Below are positions 36,366 through 45,973 of a stretch of 64,000 nt of DNA, in pieces. Source of the stretch: an uncultured Clostridia bacterium. Its GTDB lineage: Bacteria > Acidobacteriota > Aminicenantia > UBA2199. Under the pieces are notes generated by a model. It was not told the origin of the DNA and searched no databases. It saw only the letters and a list, made by a program, of their open reading frames with translations. Numbering within the stretch: position 1 is the stretch's first letter; every line of letters begins with the position of its first letter. Location: NCBI GenBank assembly GCA_964422395.1, contig CAYRAO010000007.1, forward strand, positions 11,491 to 75,490, in the 5' to 3' direction. Made by a program: the position numbers and the translations under genes.

Positions 36366-38275
36366 ATACCGAGATCTCTTGACTCTTCTCCAAGTCCCAA
36401 TTTCTTTAAGTTAAAAACAGGTTCTACTTTGATTTTTATAAAATAATCTCTATCAGGTATCCCGTTCAGATTAAGGATATACCTCTCGTTTGATTTAAAT
36501 GTTTTTGTCCCGACAAGTTCACCATCCATAAAAACATTTAACTTTTGAATACTCTGAGGCAGATTATCAAGCGGTGCTCCACAAAAAAATTTTAACTGCT
36601 TTAAATTCCCGTCTTTATCGGATTTCACTAAGAATCCCGCACTCCCCTTTGTCCATACAAATTTTGAATTTTCCGATTTAGTCCAAAATCCGAAATCGTA
36701 TGGAAGTTTGTGAATTGACATGATTTTCGAGGGGTGAAGCGAATTAACGGACAGTACATTTGAAATAATAAATATCGCAACTATCACATAGATATACGGC
36801 TTAATATTTTTCACAAATCTTAAGGAATTTTTTCCATTTGTTTTCAACGAGCCTACAATTATCCAAAAAAGGATAAAAATTTCCGGTAACCAAAGAGAAT
36901 TCCCTACAAGCATAACAAGGAATATCACAACCAGTATTTTAGCGTAGGAATCGTTCTTTGCCCTCACTAAGATATTGGTAAGAAAGAATAAAAATGCAAA
37001 TACTCCAATCACTCCCATTTCATCAACAATCAACAAATATTGGTTAAGGGGAAGATCTTCTATAAATTTTTCTTTATATTTAATATGTTTAAGATAAAAC
37101 AGAAAATTTCCGGTTCCGACACCCGAGAGCGGATATTTTTTTATCATAGGTAGCGAATTCTTAATCATCTGTACCCTTCCGTTTGAAAACTTGTCAAGAG
37201 TTTGGAGAAAATTGTTTTCACCCTTTTTTATTCGAGATGAATCAAGTGATGAATCAAGTCTCTCTTTAAGTTTCCCTCCTGAAAACACAAGAACAATTAT
37301 TACTACTACCGGTAATACTATCTTGAACAAAATTCTAACTTTGCTAAATAGCATAAAAATAAATGCAAAAATCACAAAAATAAATGCGGTTCTGCTTCCT
37401 GATAAAATTATTCCAATAAATGATATGGAAAAAGAAAACAATAAAAATATCATATCTTTTCTTTCAAAGAATTTCTCATCTCCATAATTATTTTCCATCA
37501 ACCTTAGAGATGAATAAAGAAAAATCACTCCGCCAAAAAATCCGAATCCGTTAAAATCCGAGAATCCCCCATTATATTGATTCAGTTTGCTTCCCCACCA
37601 CTCCAAAGACATAAACCCGTTGTCGAAAAATTTTTGATAAATTGCAATAGAAACAGATATGGAATAACCTGAGGCTAACAGTTTAAATAATTGTTCTCTC
37701 TTAATTTCATACCTCTTAATTATAGAGACAACAAAAGGACTTATGGAAAACAAAAACAGTGTGATAACCGGAAATATAACTGCAAATGAATTCCTGGGAC
37801 TCATCGGAAGTCCGGGGGATACAGGTGTATCTTTAAGAAAAGCTCCTAACGAGAACGTGACATTCGACCATCTTATAAATACAAAAATTGCAGATATCCA
37901 CAATAAAAGGAGAAAAAACAAGTAAGAATTTTTCCAGTTAAGATCACCTAACTCAATCGGCTCCTTCTTTAATACCAGTCCTGTTAATATGCCGGACAAT
38001 AGAAACGGAAGTACCGCCATCATATTGAAAGGATATCCGTTATGAAATAACGCCGGAAGAGAGTTTATAATAGGAGTTAAAAAAAAAAATAACTTGATCC
38101 CGTTCCCTCTTGGAATAAATGAGATAACAATACCGATGATTAGAAAAAAAACAGGTAAAAAGTGAAATCCGATATGAATTACTATAGTATAAAAAGATAT
38201 AAGGAGAGATAAAAATGCAAAGGTATAATATACAATATCACTTTTTCTAATATGCATTTGGATCACCTCTAACAC
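36335..38275 (-). CDS. O-antigen polymerase/ligase family (Wzy_C-like) polytopic membrane protein with C-terminal soluble domain
   Basis: 646 aa. At least 10 TM helices. Loop KKYPLSGVGTGNFLFYLKH. Confidence 0.6.
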   Translation of the reverse strand: MLEVIQMHIRKSDIVYYTFAFLSLLISFYTIVIHIGFHFLPVFFLIIGIVISFIPRGNGIKLFFFLTPIINSLPALFHNGYPFNMMAVLPFLLSGILTGLVLKKEPIELGDLNWKNSYLFFLLLLWISAIFVFIRWSNVTFSLGAFLKDTPVSPGLPMSPRNSFAVIFPVITLFLFSISPFVVSIIKRYEIKREQLFKLLASGYSISVSIAIYQKFFDNGFMSLEWWGSKLNQYNGGFSDFNGFGFFGGVIFLYSSLRLMENNYGDEKFFERKDMIFLLFSFSISFIGIILSGSRTAFIFVIFAFIFMLFSKVRILFKIVLPVVVIIVLVFSGGKLKERLDSSLDSSRIKKGENNFLQTLDKFSNGRVQMIKNSLPMIKKYPLSGVGTGNFLFYLKHIKYKEKFIEDLPLNQYLLIVDEMGVIGVFAFLFFLTNILVRAKNDSYAKILVVIFLVMLVGNSLWLPEIFILFWIIVGSLKTNGKNSLRFVKNIKPYIYVIVAIFIISNVLSVNSLHPSKIMSIHKLPYDFGFWTKSENSKFVWTKGSAGFLVKSDKDGNLKQLKFFCGAPLDNLPQSIQKLNVFMDGELVGTKTFKSNERYILNLNGIPDRDYFIKIKVEPVFNLKKLGLGEESRDLGIQFFPEADSS

Positions 38276-39668
38276 CTCTCCATACGGTAAGAAAAATGAC
38301 CCTTAAATCAAGCCACATTGACCAATTCTCAATATAAAACATATCATACTCAATTCTTTTTTCCAGTAGTTTTTTATCCTTTGTCGCACCCCTGAGACCA
38401 TTCACCTGTGCCCATCCGGTAATCCCCGGTTTTACAAGATGTCTTAACATATAATTCTCTATACTATCTTTCGATTCAATATTCATCGGGACTGCATGAG
38501 GTCTCGGTCCGATTACCGACATATCACCCTTAAGTACATTAAAGAACTGAGGAATTTCGTCAAGGCTTGTCCTTCTAAGAAATTTTCCGACAGCCGTCAC
38601 TCTCGAATCACTCTTTGTCGCTTGAATAAATTTCCCGTCAACGTCAACATCCTTACTCTCTTTTATCATTGATCTGAATTTATATAAAATAAATTTTTTG
38701 TTTTTTCTCCCCCACCTCTCCTGCTTAAAAAAAACGGAACCCGATGAACTTACTTTAATTGCAATTGCTATTAACAATCCGAGCCATGAAAATATGAGCA
38801 ACAAAAAGAGGAGAGAAAACACCAAATCAAATCCTCTCTTAATTATTCTCCAGTGTAACTCATCAAGGGGATCATTTCTTATATCGATAACCGGAATATC
38901 ATTAAAAAAAGATATCTGATATTTGTTGGAAATAAACTTAAAATACTCCGGAATTATTCTTGCTCTTACCGGAAATCCCGAAAGAATTTTTGTAACGGTA
39001 TTCAGCATTTTCGATTCTTCACCTTTCAGAGCAATTAAAACTTCATTGATATTATGCTTGACAATAATCTCACCGAGATCATCAAATGTACCCATACATT
39101 TAAGTTTACCGTTCGGAACCGGATGATCCGCAATAAATCCCTGTATTCTGTAACCCATTGCTTCCGACTGCTCTTTTGTTCCGAATAATTTTAGTCCGAT
39201 CTCATTACTACCGACAACAAGAACATTTTTTGTGATCTTCCCTTTTGCAATAATTATTCTACGAACAACCCTATAAACAGCTCTTAAAAAAAACATAGAG
39301 AAAAAGAGTATTACCAAATATATCAATAAGAAATATCTTGATAAAAGAATACTTTTTAATGAAAAGAGTATTATTACTCCGGCAACAAATTGAACCGAAA
39401 CGGTTTTTAGCAATGAAAAAACCTCGGAAATAAAGCCAAAGTTTTTTAATTCATCATAAAGAGAAATTATTTTTGCAGAAAAAAACCAGACAAGAATAAA
39501 CATAAAAATTGTAAAAATCTCCGGTAATCCGACACCCTCCATATCTCCTTGAATTTCAAGAGGCAATCTTCCTCGTGATATAAAATCAGCAAGAATAAAA
39601 GAAAAGGAGAGAATGATAAGATCAAAAAACAGGGAAATATAATAAAAAGATCGTCTTATTCCATCCAT
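38247..39668 (-). CDS. Polyprenyl-phosphate hexose-1-phosphate transferase (WbaP/sugar transferase family), initiating enzyme
   Basis: C-terminal bacterial sugar-transferase domain: KFRSM...DELPQFFNVLKGDMSVIGPRPH. N-terminal TM and CoA-binding-like domain. Confidence 0.88.
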   Translation of the reverse strand: MDGIRRSFYYISLFFDLIILSFSFILADFISRGRLPLEIQGDMEGVGLPEIFTIFMFILVWFFSAKIISLYDELKNFGFISEVFSLLKTVSVQFVAGVIILFSLKSILLSRYFLLIYLVILFFSMFFLRAVYRVVRRIIIAKGKITKNVLVVGSNEIGLKLFGTKEQSEAMGYRIQGFIADHPVPNGKLKCMGTFDDLGEIIVKHNINEVLIALKGEESKMLNTVTKILSGFPVRARIIPEYFKFISNKYQISFFNDIPVIDIRNDPLDELHWRIIKRGFDLVFSLLFLLLIFSWLGLLIAIAIKVSSSGSVFFKQERWGRKNKKFILYKFRSMIKESKDVDVDGKFIQATKSDSRVTAVGKFLRRTSLDEIPQFFNVLKGDMSVIGPRPHAVPMNIESKDSIENYMLRHLVKPGITGWAQVNGLRGATKDKKLLEKRIEYDMFYIENWSMWLDLRVIFLTVWRGVRGDPNAY

Positions 39669-39693
39669 TGTACTTGATACGCTCCTTTACAAA

Positions 39694-40758
39694 TCAATCC
39701 TCTTTAGCGGATTTATAAAAATCACGATACCAATCTATAAACTTTTCAATTCCTACTTCGATAGGAGTCGAAGGTTTATATCCTATATCAGCCTCAAGTT
39801 CAGTTGTATCCGCCCACGTTTTTATAACATCACCGGGTTGTATCGGCATAAACTTCCTCTCTCCCTTTTTACCTAATTTGTTTTCCATAATTTCAATAAA
39901 TTCCAAAAGATTTTCAGAACTGCCTTTCCCAATATTATATATCTTATAAGGAGAGATACTTGAGGAGGGATCAGGGCTTTTACCACTCCAAGCGGGATTA
40001 CCATTCGGGGGTTTAGGTATAACTTTTTTAATCCCTTTAACAATATCTCCTATGTAAGTAAAATCCCGAGACATTTTTCCGAAATTATATATTTCAATAG
40101 GTTCACCTTTTAAAATATTCCTTACAAATTTAAAAAGTGCCATATCCGGTCTTCCCCAAGGTCCGTAAACCGTGAAAAATCTTAGTCCTGTTATCGGAAG
40201 TCCATATAAATAACTATAACTATGTGCAATTAATTCATTACTTTTTTTTGTTGCGGCATACAAACTTACCGGATGATCTACATTATGACGAGTGGAAAAA
40301 GGCATAACTTCATTTAAGCCATACACCGAAGAACTGCTCGCATAAACAAAATGAGATGACTTTGAACGCCTCACTCCTTCTAAAATATTTGCAAATCCTA
40401 CAAGGTTACTATCAATATATGCTTTCGGATTCTCAATTGAGTATCTGACTCCTGCTTGTGCAGCAAGGTGACACACAAGATCAAATCCGTATTTTTCAAA
40501 TATCCTATTGATTCCATCCGTATCCTTTAAGTCAAGTTTAATAAATGAATAGTTCGATTGCTTATCACTCTTTACCGATTTTCCTTCTTCAATTCTATCT
40601 TTTGCAATACCGCTGTCTTCAAGTCGGGCATATTTTAAATTAACATCATAATAATCATTAATATTATCTATGCCAATTATTTCCAAATCATTTCCGGAAA
40701 GTTCTTTGACGAGATGATATCCTATAAATCCTGCTGTTCCTGTAATTAAAATTCTCAT
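39694..40758 (-). CDS. NAD-dependent sugar-nucleotide epimerase (UDP-glucuronate 4-epimerase-like SDR)
   Basis: MRILITGTAGFIGYHL Rossmann motif and the catalytic YxxxK in YAATKKSNE. Confidence 0.8.
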   Translation of the reverse strand: MRILITGTAGFIGYHLVKELSGNDLEIIGIDNINDYYDVNLKYARLEDSGIAKDRIEEGKSVKSDKQSNYSFIKLDLKDTDGINRIFEKYGFDLVCHLAAQAGVRYSIENPKAYIDSNLVGFANILEGVRRSKSSHFVYASSSSVYGLNEVMPFSTRHNVDHPVSLYAATKKSNELIAHSYSYLYGLPITGLRFFTVYGPWGRPDMALFKFVRNILKGEPIEIYNFGKMSRDFTYIGDIVKGIKKVIPKPPNGNPAWSGKSPDPSSSISPYKIYNIGKGSSENLLEFIEIMENKLGKKGERKFMPIQPGDVIKTWADTTELEADIGYKPSTPIEVGIEKFIDWYRDFYKSAKED

Positions 40759-40769
40759 TTTCCAGTATT

Positions 40770-41546
40770 TTACACCGAATCGGTCTTTTTTAGAATCCTT
40801 CTTCTGTAAAACTCACGAATCGAAAGAAATATAAATTTGGAATTTGTATATAGATACCTTTTCCAAAGCCTCCCAGGCTCCTGAAATAATCGGAACATCC
40901 ACTCAAGTGATAACCTCTGCATCCACTTGGGAGCTCGATTTATCTCTCCTGCAAAAACAGGGACAGCTCCTCCAATACCGATCATTAAGCTATTAATTCT
41001 ATCCGATATCTTCCCCATAAATTTTTCCTGCTTCGGACATCCGAGAATAATAAAAATTATGTTGGGATCGGCTTTGTTTATCTTGGCAATATACTCTTCC
41101 GATAATCTATCCGAAATTTCCCCAAATGGAGGAACAATTGAACCTTTAACCTTAAGATTCGGATATTCGATTTCAATTTTCTTAATTACTTTTCTTTTAA
41201 GATCATCCGTTCCGCCGTAAAAGAATACGGAAAGTTTCTCTTCTTCGGAAATTCTTAAAAGGTCAGGAAACAGATCCATTCCTGCCACCCGTGGCTGATT
41301 TATCCCATACAGAAATCTCATCATTAAGGAAAGAGGCATACCGTCAGGTGTAACTATATCGGCATTATTGACAACGGTGGCAAACGCCTGATCATCATAA
41401 GCTTCGACGAGCATGTGAACGTTTGCTATGCAGACATACCCGCCTTTTTTTTTTTTAGAAATCTTTGTGATATATTCCGTAAAATCGTCATATTTCCCGA
41501 CAGATACCCCGATATCAATTATTGTTTTTTTTTCCATTAGAAGCAC
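40770..41546 (-). CDS. WecB/TagA/CpsF-family glycosyltransferase (GT26)
   Basis: YVCIANVHMLVEAYDD...DIVTPDGMPL, typical of GT26. Confidence 0.82.
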   Translation of the reverse strand: MLLMEKKTIIDIGVSVGKYDDFTEYITKISKKKKGGYVCIANVHMLVEAYDDQAFATVVNNADIVTPDGMPLSLMMRFLYGINQPRVAGMDLFPDLLRISEEEKLSVFFYGGTDDLKRKVIKKIEIEYPNLKVKGSIVPPFGEISDRLSEEYIAKINKADPNIIFIILGCPKQEKFMGKISDRINSLMIGIGGAVPVFAGEINRAPKWMQRLSLEWMFRLFQEPGRLWKRYLYTNSKFIFLSIREFYRRRILKKTDSV

Positions 41547-41631
41547 ATTATAACCTTTTATGCCCTTTCTTTCTAAAGATACAAGTCATCCGAAGTCAAA
41601 AATAATTTTTGATCGTTCAATCATATACAAG

Positions 41632-42786
41632 CTACAGCAATTCTCTATAAATTTTGATCAGTAATTTATAATTTTCCGTATCGGAATAGTATTTCTTGTA
41701 AGTCTGAAAAGCATTCCCATACATAAATTCATTATTGTTATTATACAATTTTTTAACTTTTCTTCTAAGATCATCAGGATCATCCGCAGTGAAGTGATAA
41801 CCGTTTTCCCCATCGGTTATAATTTCAGATTGACTCCCTATATCAGAAGCAATGACCGGAGTACCACTTAATAAAGCTTCAACAATAACCATCGGAAATC
41901 CTTCATAAATATTCGATGGGAAGATCAATCCTTTTGCAAGCTTCATTTGCTTCATAACCGAATCATGATCCATAACTCCGAGAAAATCCATATTATCTTG
42001 CAAATCACAAGTTTTTTTAATCTCTTCTTGAATACAACCTTCTCCTATTATTTTTAATTTATAATCTGTATTTTTGAATGCTTCAACCACAGTTCCGATA
42101 CCCTTCTCAACACTTATTCTACCCACATACAAAAAAAAATCCTCCCGTTTTAAAAACTCTTCGCCTCCTTCAAAAGCAAAATTAGGTTTCACTTTGATTT
42201 GATCCGATTTTAAATTCAAAGAAGATTCAAGAATCTTTTTTTTTTGGAATTCCGATAAACAGATGTACCTGTCAACCCTTTTTTTCCATGTACCTATAAT
42301 TTTATGAAAACCCGTAACAAGAACAAGAATAAGGGTTTGTATTGATGAGTTTCTATAACATTTGGATATTACTCCTACCAAAGGTACTTTTTTCTTTATG
42401 CACCTTTCACATATTTTTCCATTTCTGAATAATATTGCATTTTGACATATAAGACGATAATTATGAAGAGTCATTACTACCGGTATCTTTTTTCTTGCCC
42501 TTTTAAAAAATATAGAAGGTGAGATAAGAGGGAAAAAATTATGTATATGAATAATATCCGGCAAAAATTTATCCACTTTTTTTCTGATAATCTTTGAAGA
42601 AAACGGATTATAAAAACCGAATAATCCTATTTTAATCTTTGAAAATACAGATCCGATCTCATCGTTATCCATTAAAAACGTTTCAACTTCATGCCCGTTC
42701 TTTTTAAGTAAATCAACTTCATTCCTAAAAACACTCTCCTCGCCTCCGTAAATTTTATATTTATTATGAACTATCAAAATTTTCAT
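41632..42786 (-). CDS. Glycosyltransferase family 4
   Basis: MKILIVHNKY N-terminus and a GT-B C-terminal domain (EGFPMVIVEALLSGTPVIASDIG). Confidence 0.85.
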   Translation of the reverse strand: MKILIVHNKYKIYGGEESVFRNEVDLLKKNGHEVETFLMDNDEIGSVFSKIKIGLFGFYNPFSSKIIRKKVDKFLPDIIHIHNFFPLISPSIFFKRARKKIPVVMTLHNYRLICQNAILFRNGKICERCIKKKVPLVGVISKCYRNSSIQTLILVLVTGFHKIIGTWKKRVDRYICLSEFQKKKILESSLNLKSDQIKVKPNFAFEGGEEFLKREDFFLYVGRISVEKGIGTVVEAFKNTDYKLKIIGEGCIQEEIKKTCDLQDNMDFLGVMDHDSVMKQMKLAKGLIFPSNIYEGFPMVIVEALLSGTPVIASDIGSQSEIITDGENGYHFTADDPDDLRRKVKKLYNNNNEFMYGNAFQTYKKYYSDTENYKLLIKIYRELL

Positions 42787-44024
42787 GTATCACCGATTAA
42801 ATTAACATTTGAAATAATCTTCCTAACAAAATATCCGAAAGCGAAAAATAGGTACAACTCCATGACCATTCTTGCAATCAAAATTCCCGAAACTTTTAAT
42901 TGGGGTCCGAGCATTATTTCAAGTACAATCATAATAAATGCGGCAATAAGCATTATATTGAATCTGATTTTCTGTGCATCCGAAGAAGCAAGAATTGCTC
43001 CCGTAAAAAACGATAAGAATCTAAAAAATAATATGAAAGAAAAAAAGAGAAGATATGTCCCTGCGTCAGCAAGAAACTCGGAAGAAAAAACGGAAACTAT
43101 TAGTTTTCTGCTTAAAAATAGAGAAATTGAAAATATAAATGCAAAGAAGAGAAAAACCATAAATAAATATTCAATAAATCTCCTAAACTTTCCATTCCCC
43201 CTGTTGCTATAAAATTTAGATATATAGGGAGTCAGTCCTGTTGATACAACTTCGGCAAGAATTGCAAAAGAATAAAAGATACGGAGAGCAAGAAAATATC
43301 CTCCGAGGAGCGATTTATCTATAAAGAATGAGAGTATTAGAATATCTATTTCACGAAGAGCTACATTTGTCAGGCTTGCAAACCAGTAATACTTCGCTTC
43401 ATTAAATAATCTTAATTTCAAACTCAATTTTATTTTTTTAAAATACTCTTTAAGAAAACGAACCTTTATGATAATTGCAATAAAGAAAACAAATATTCTT
43501 AGAGAAAAAATCATCTCAATTGAATTAAAACTATTTTTGAGTAACAGCATCGGAACCGCAACCAAAAAAAACATGATAAAATTCACTAACGATTCGAGAG
43601 GCATTTTCTCTTTTCCTAATAACAACCCTCCGAGATTTCTCTCTACTCCCTGAAAATATCCTGCAATTGAAGACAAAATCAGCAAAGATAAGGTTATTTT
43701 TTTATAAAACAATGAAAAAACAATAGGGAGCAAAAAGGTAAGAATGATACCGAATATGGAAACAACAATCAACTCGTTTATTAAAACCAGCTCTTCACTA
43801 CTCCTCTTCTTATATCTTGCAATCTCTTTGCTAAAGAATAAGTAAAGATTCATGGATGAAATATTTACAAATAAGATAAAGAAAAAGAAAACAATTCCAT
43901 AGCTTCCCAATTCAGCTCTGGTAAAGTTTTTAGAAACAAAAAAAACAATAAAAAGATTTGTTACGGTAATAAAAAATCTTGAAATAACAGAGTGAAAAGA
44001 AGTAGAGAGGATTCGCTTAATCAT
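42783..44024 (-). CDS. Wzx-type polysaccharide flippase (MOP superfamily)
   Basis: 413 aa with about 12 TM helices and the typical Wzx N-terminal pattern. Confidence 0.7.
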   Translation of the reverse strand: MIKRILSTSFHSVISRFFITVTNLFIVFFVSKNFTRAELGSYGIVFFFFILFVNISSMNLYLFFSKEIARYKKRSSEELVLINELIVVSIFGIILTFLLPIVFSLFYKKITLSLLILSSIAGYFQGVERNLGGLLLGKEKMPLESLVNFIMFFLVAVPMLLLKNSFNSIEMIFSLRIFVFFIAIIIKVRFLKEYFKKIKLSLKLRLFNEAKYYWFASLTNVALREIDILILSFFIDKSLLGGYFLALRIFYSFAILAEVVSTGLTPYISKFYSNRGNGKFRRFIEYLFMVFLFFAFIFSISLFLSRKLIVSVFSSEFLADAGTYLLFFSFILFFRFLSFFTGAILASSDAQKIRFNIMLIAAFIMIVLEIMLGPQLKVSGILIARMVMELYLFFAFGYFVRKIISNVNLIGDT

Positions 44025-44052
44025 TAATCCGGTTCACTATGTAATACTATTA

Positions 44053-44904
44053 TCATTCCACATCCTTTACCCACTCTTTATCCTTTTCATACCCAAGTTC
44101 CATTAACATTTCTCCGGCATAATAGTTAAAGATTTCTGCAGACTCTTTTGAGAAATTATTTTTCCAATCTCCGGCAATCCCTTTTCTTAAGAAACTATTT
44201 TTCTTTTCTACTCCCTGAACTCTGTTCGCTTGATTTTTGAAACTGTACCGCTGAACAATTTGTTCAACCCGTAATAGGTCAGCCTCTTCTCCGTTTATCT
44301 CAGATATCAGTCGAACAAGTTCCTTTTTTGTATCATTTAACAATTTTTCATAACTTGTGTTGATAAGATTGTGTCTGTCCCCTTTTTCATAATACCGATT
44401 CCAACGATTGTTAAAACTTGCCCAATTTCCTTCAAATCCGAATCTCACTATAGGTGAAGGAGTATGAGTAAAAATAAATTCTATATATTTCGGAAGATTT
44501 ACTTTAATATCCATAATGTCCGTAAAACATAGTTTTTTCCTATAATACAAAACATCCTTTGGTGTCTTAATGTTTTTTTCATTCCAAATCAGATTATGAT
44601 AATAAGAAGAAACCATTACATCTCTGCCATCTCTATATATACGGAATATTTTTTTTATCTTTTTAGAAGAATTTGACGGGAGATAATGTCCGTGAATCAC
44701 AGACATTTTTAAACTTGGAAATTTATTTCTGGGAAACGGTACATTAAAATACCCTGACAATAATTGCCCCAACCACGTTCCCCCCGACTTGGGATATTCC
44801 GTAACAAGAAAGGAATCAAATAATCCGGGCATATATTTTACATATAAATATCTTGATCCGTTAATAACCTTGTTTCTTAAAAGAGTTGATATCTTATTCT
44901 TCAT
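44053..44904 (-). CDS. PAPS-dependent sulfotransferase
   Basis: 5'-PSB motif YPKSGGTWL and 3'-PB motif RIYRDGRDVMVSSYY. 283 aa, soluble. Confidence 0.85.
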   Translation of the reverse strand: MKNKISTLLRNKVINGSRYLYVKYMPGLFDSFLVTEYPKSGGTWLGQLLSGYFNVPFPRNKFPSLKMSVIHGHYLPSNSSKKIKKIFRIYRDGRDVMVSSYYHNLIWNEKNIKTPKDVLYYRKKLCFTDIMDIKVNLPKYIEFIFTHTPSPIVRFGFEGNWASFNNRWNRYYEKGDRHNLINTSYEKLLNDTKKELVRLISEINGEEADLLRVEQIVQRYSFKNQANRVQGVEKKNSFLRKGIAGDWKNNFSKESAEIFNYYAGEMLMELGYEKDKEWVKDVE

Positions 44905-45944
44905 AGATTAATTCTTCTATATTCATCTATAGCCCTTTTCAGACCCTCCCTTAAAGAGATCTCACTCTTCCATCCCAGTTTGTTTATTTTCTCAACATTC
45001 AGTAATTTTCTAAAAGTTCCGTCCGGTTTTGAGCGATCCCATTTTAGAATACCTTTAAAACCTATTAAATCCTTTAGTAATTCCGCAAGCTCTCTTATTG
45101 AGATATCCTCCCCCGATCCGATGTTGACAACTTCACCGATATCCGAGTAGCTATAATTTTTCATTAAATAGATAACCGCTTTTGAAAGATCATCAACATG
45201 GAGAAATTCCCGTTTAGGTTCTCCAGATCCCCACAATTTTATTTCGACCGTTCCGTTTTTGTCTGTGCTGATCCCGTTTTCACCAAGTTTTTTCAGTATT
45301 AGACTATCATCCAAACTCTGTCCGATATCTCTTCTTAAACTATGCCAATCATTATTTTCAAGGTTTACTCCAAGAGAAAACTTTCTTATCAGTGCAGGTA
45401 AAACATGTGATTCATTAAAATCATAATTATCATTCGGACCGTACAAATTAGTAGGCATTACCGATATAAAATCGGTTCCATACTGTTCATTGTAGTAACG
45501 ACACATTTTCAGTCCGGCAATTTTAGCTATTGCATATGCCTCATTAGTCGGTTCAAGGGGAGAAGTTAATAAAGAATCTTCACTAATAGGCTGTTTGGCA
45601 TATTTAGGATATATACAGGAACTCCCGAGAAATAAAAGTTTCTTAACTCCGTATTTGTAGGATGCATTAATAACATTAACTTGTATCAAAAGATTATTGT
45701 AAATAAATTCCGCCGGAAAAGTTTTGTTAGCCATAATTCCGCCAACTTTTGCGGCAGCAAGAAAAACATATTCAGGCCTCTCGGACTCAAAAAGATTTTC
45801 CACATCCAACTGCCGTTCGAGATCCAACTCCTCCGAGTTTCGACAGATGAAGTTTTCAAATCCTTGTCTATTTAACTCTCGCAATATTGATGAACCTACC
45901 AAACCTTTATGCCCCGCAATATATATTTTTGATCTCTTTTTCAT
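44901..45944 (-). CDS. fcl: GDP-L-fucose synthase (GDP-4-keto-6-deoxymannose 3,5-epimerase/4-reductase) with an insertion of about 30 aa
   Basis: Alignable to E. coli Fcl over its full length: IAGHKGLVGS, YLAAAKVGGI, LLFLGSSCIYPK, EPTNEAYAIAKIAG, VMPTNLYGP, WGSG, REFLHVDD, KPDGT. Confidence 0.9.
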   Translation of the reverse strand: MKKRSKIYIAGHKGLVGSSILRELNRQGFENFICRNSEELDLERQLDVENLFESERPEYVFLAAAKVGGIMANKTFPAEFIYNNLLIQVNVINASYKYGVKKLLFLGSSCIYPKYAKQPISEDSLLTSPLEPTNEAYAIAKIAGLKMCRYYNEQYGTDFISVMPTNLYGPNDNYDFNESHVLPALIRKFSLGVNLENNDWHSLRRDIGQSLDDSLILKKLGENGISTDKNGTVEIKLWGSGEPKREFLHVDDLSKAVIYLMKNYSYSDIGEVVNIGSGEDISIRELAELLKDLIGFKGILKWDRSKPDGTFRKLLNVEKINKLGWKSEISLREGLKRAIDEYRRINL

Positions 45945-45973
45945 TCCTTTTTGTATTTTACACCATTTCTTTA

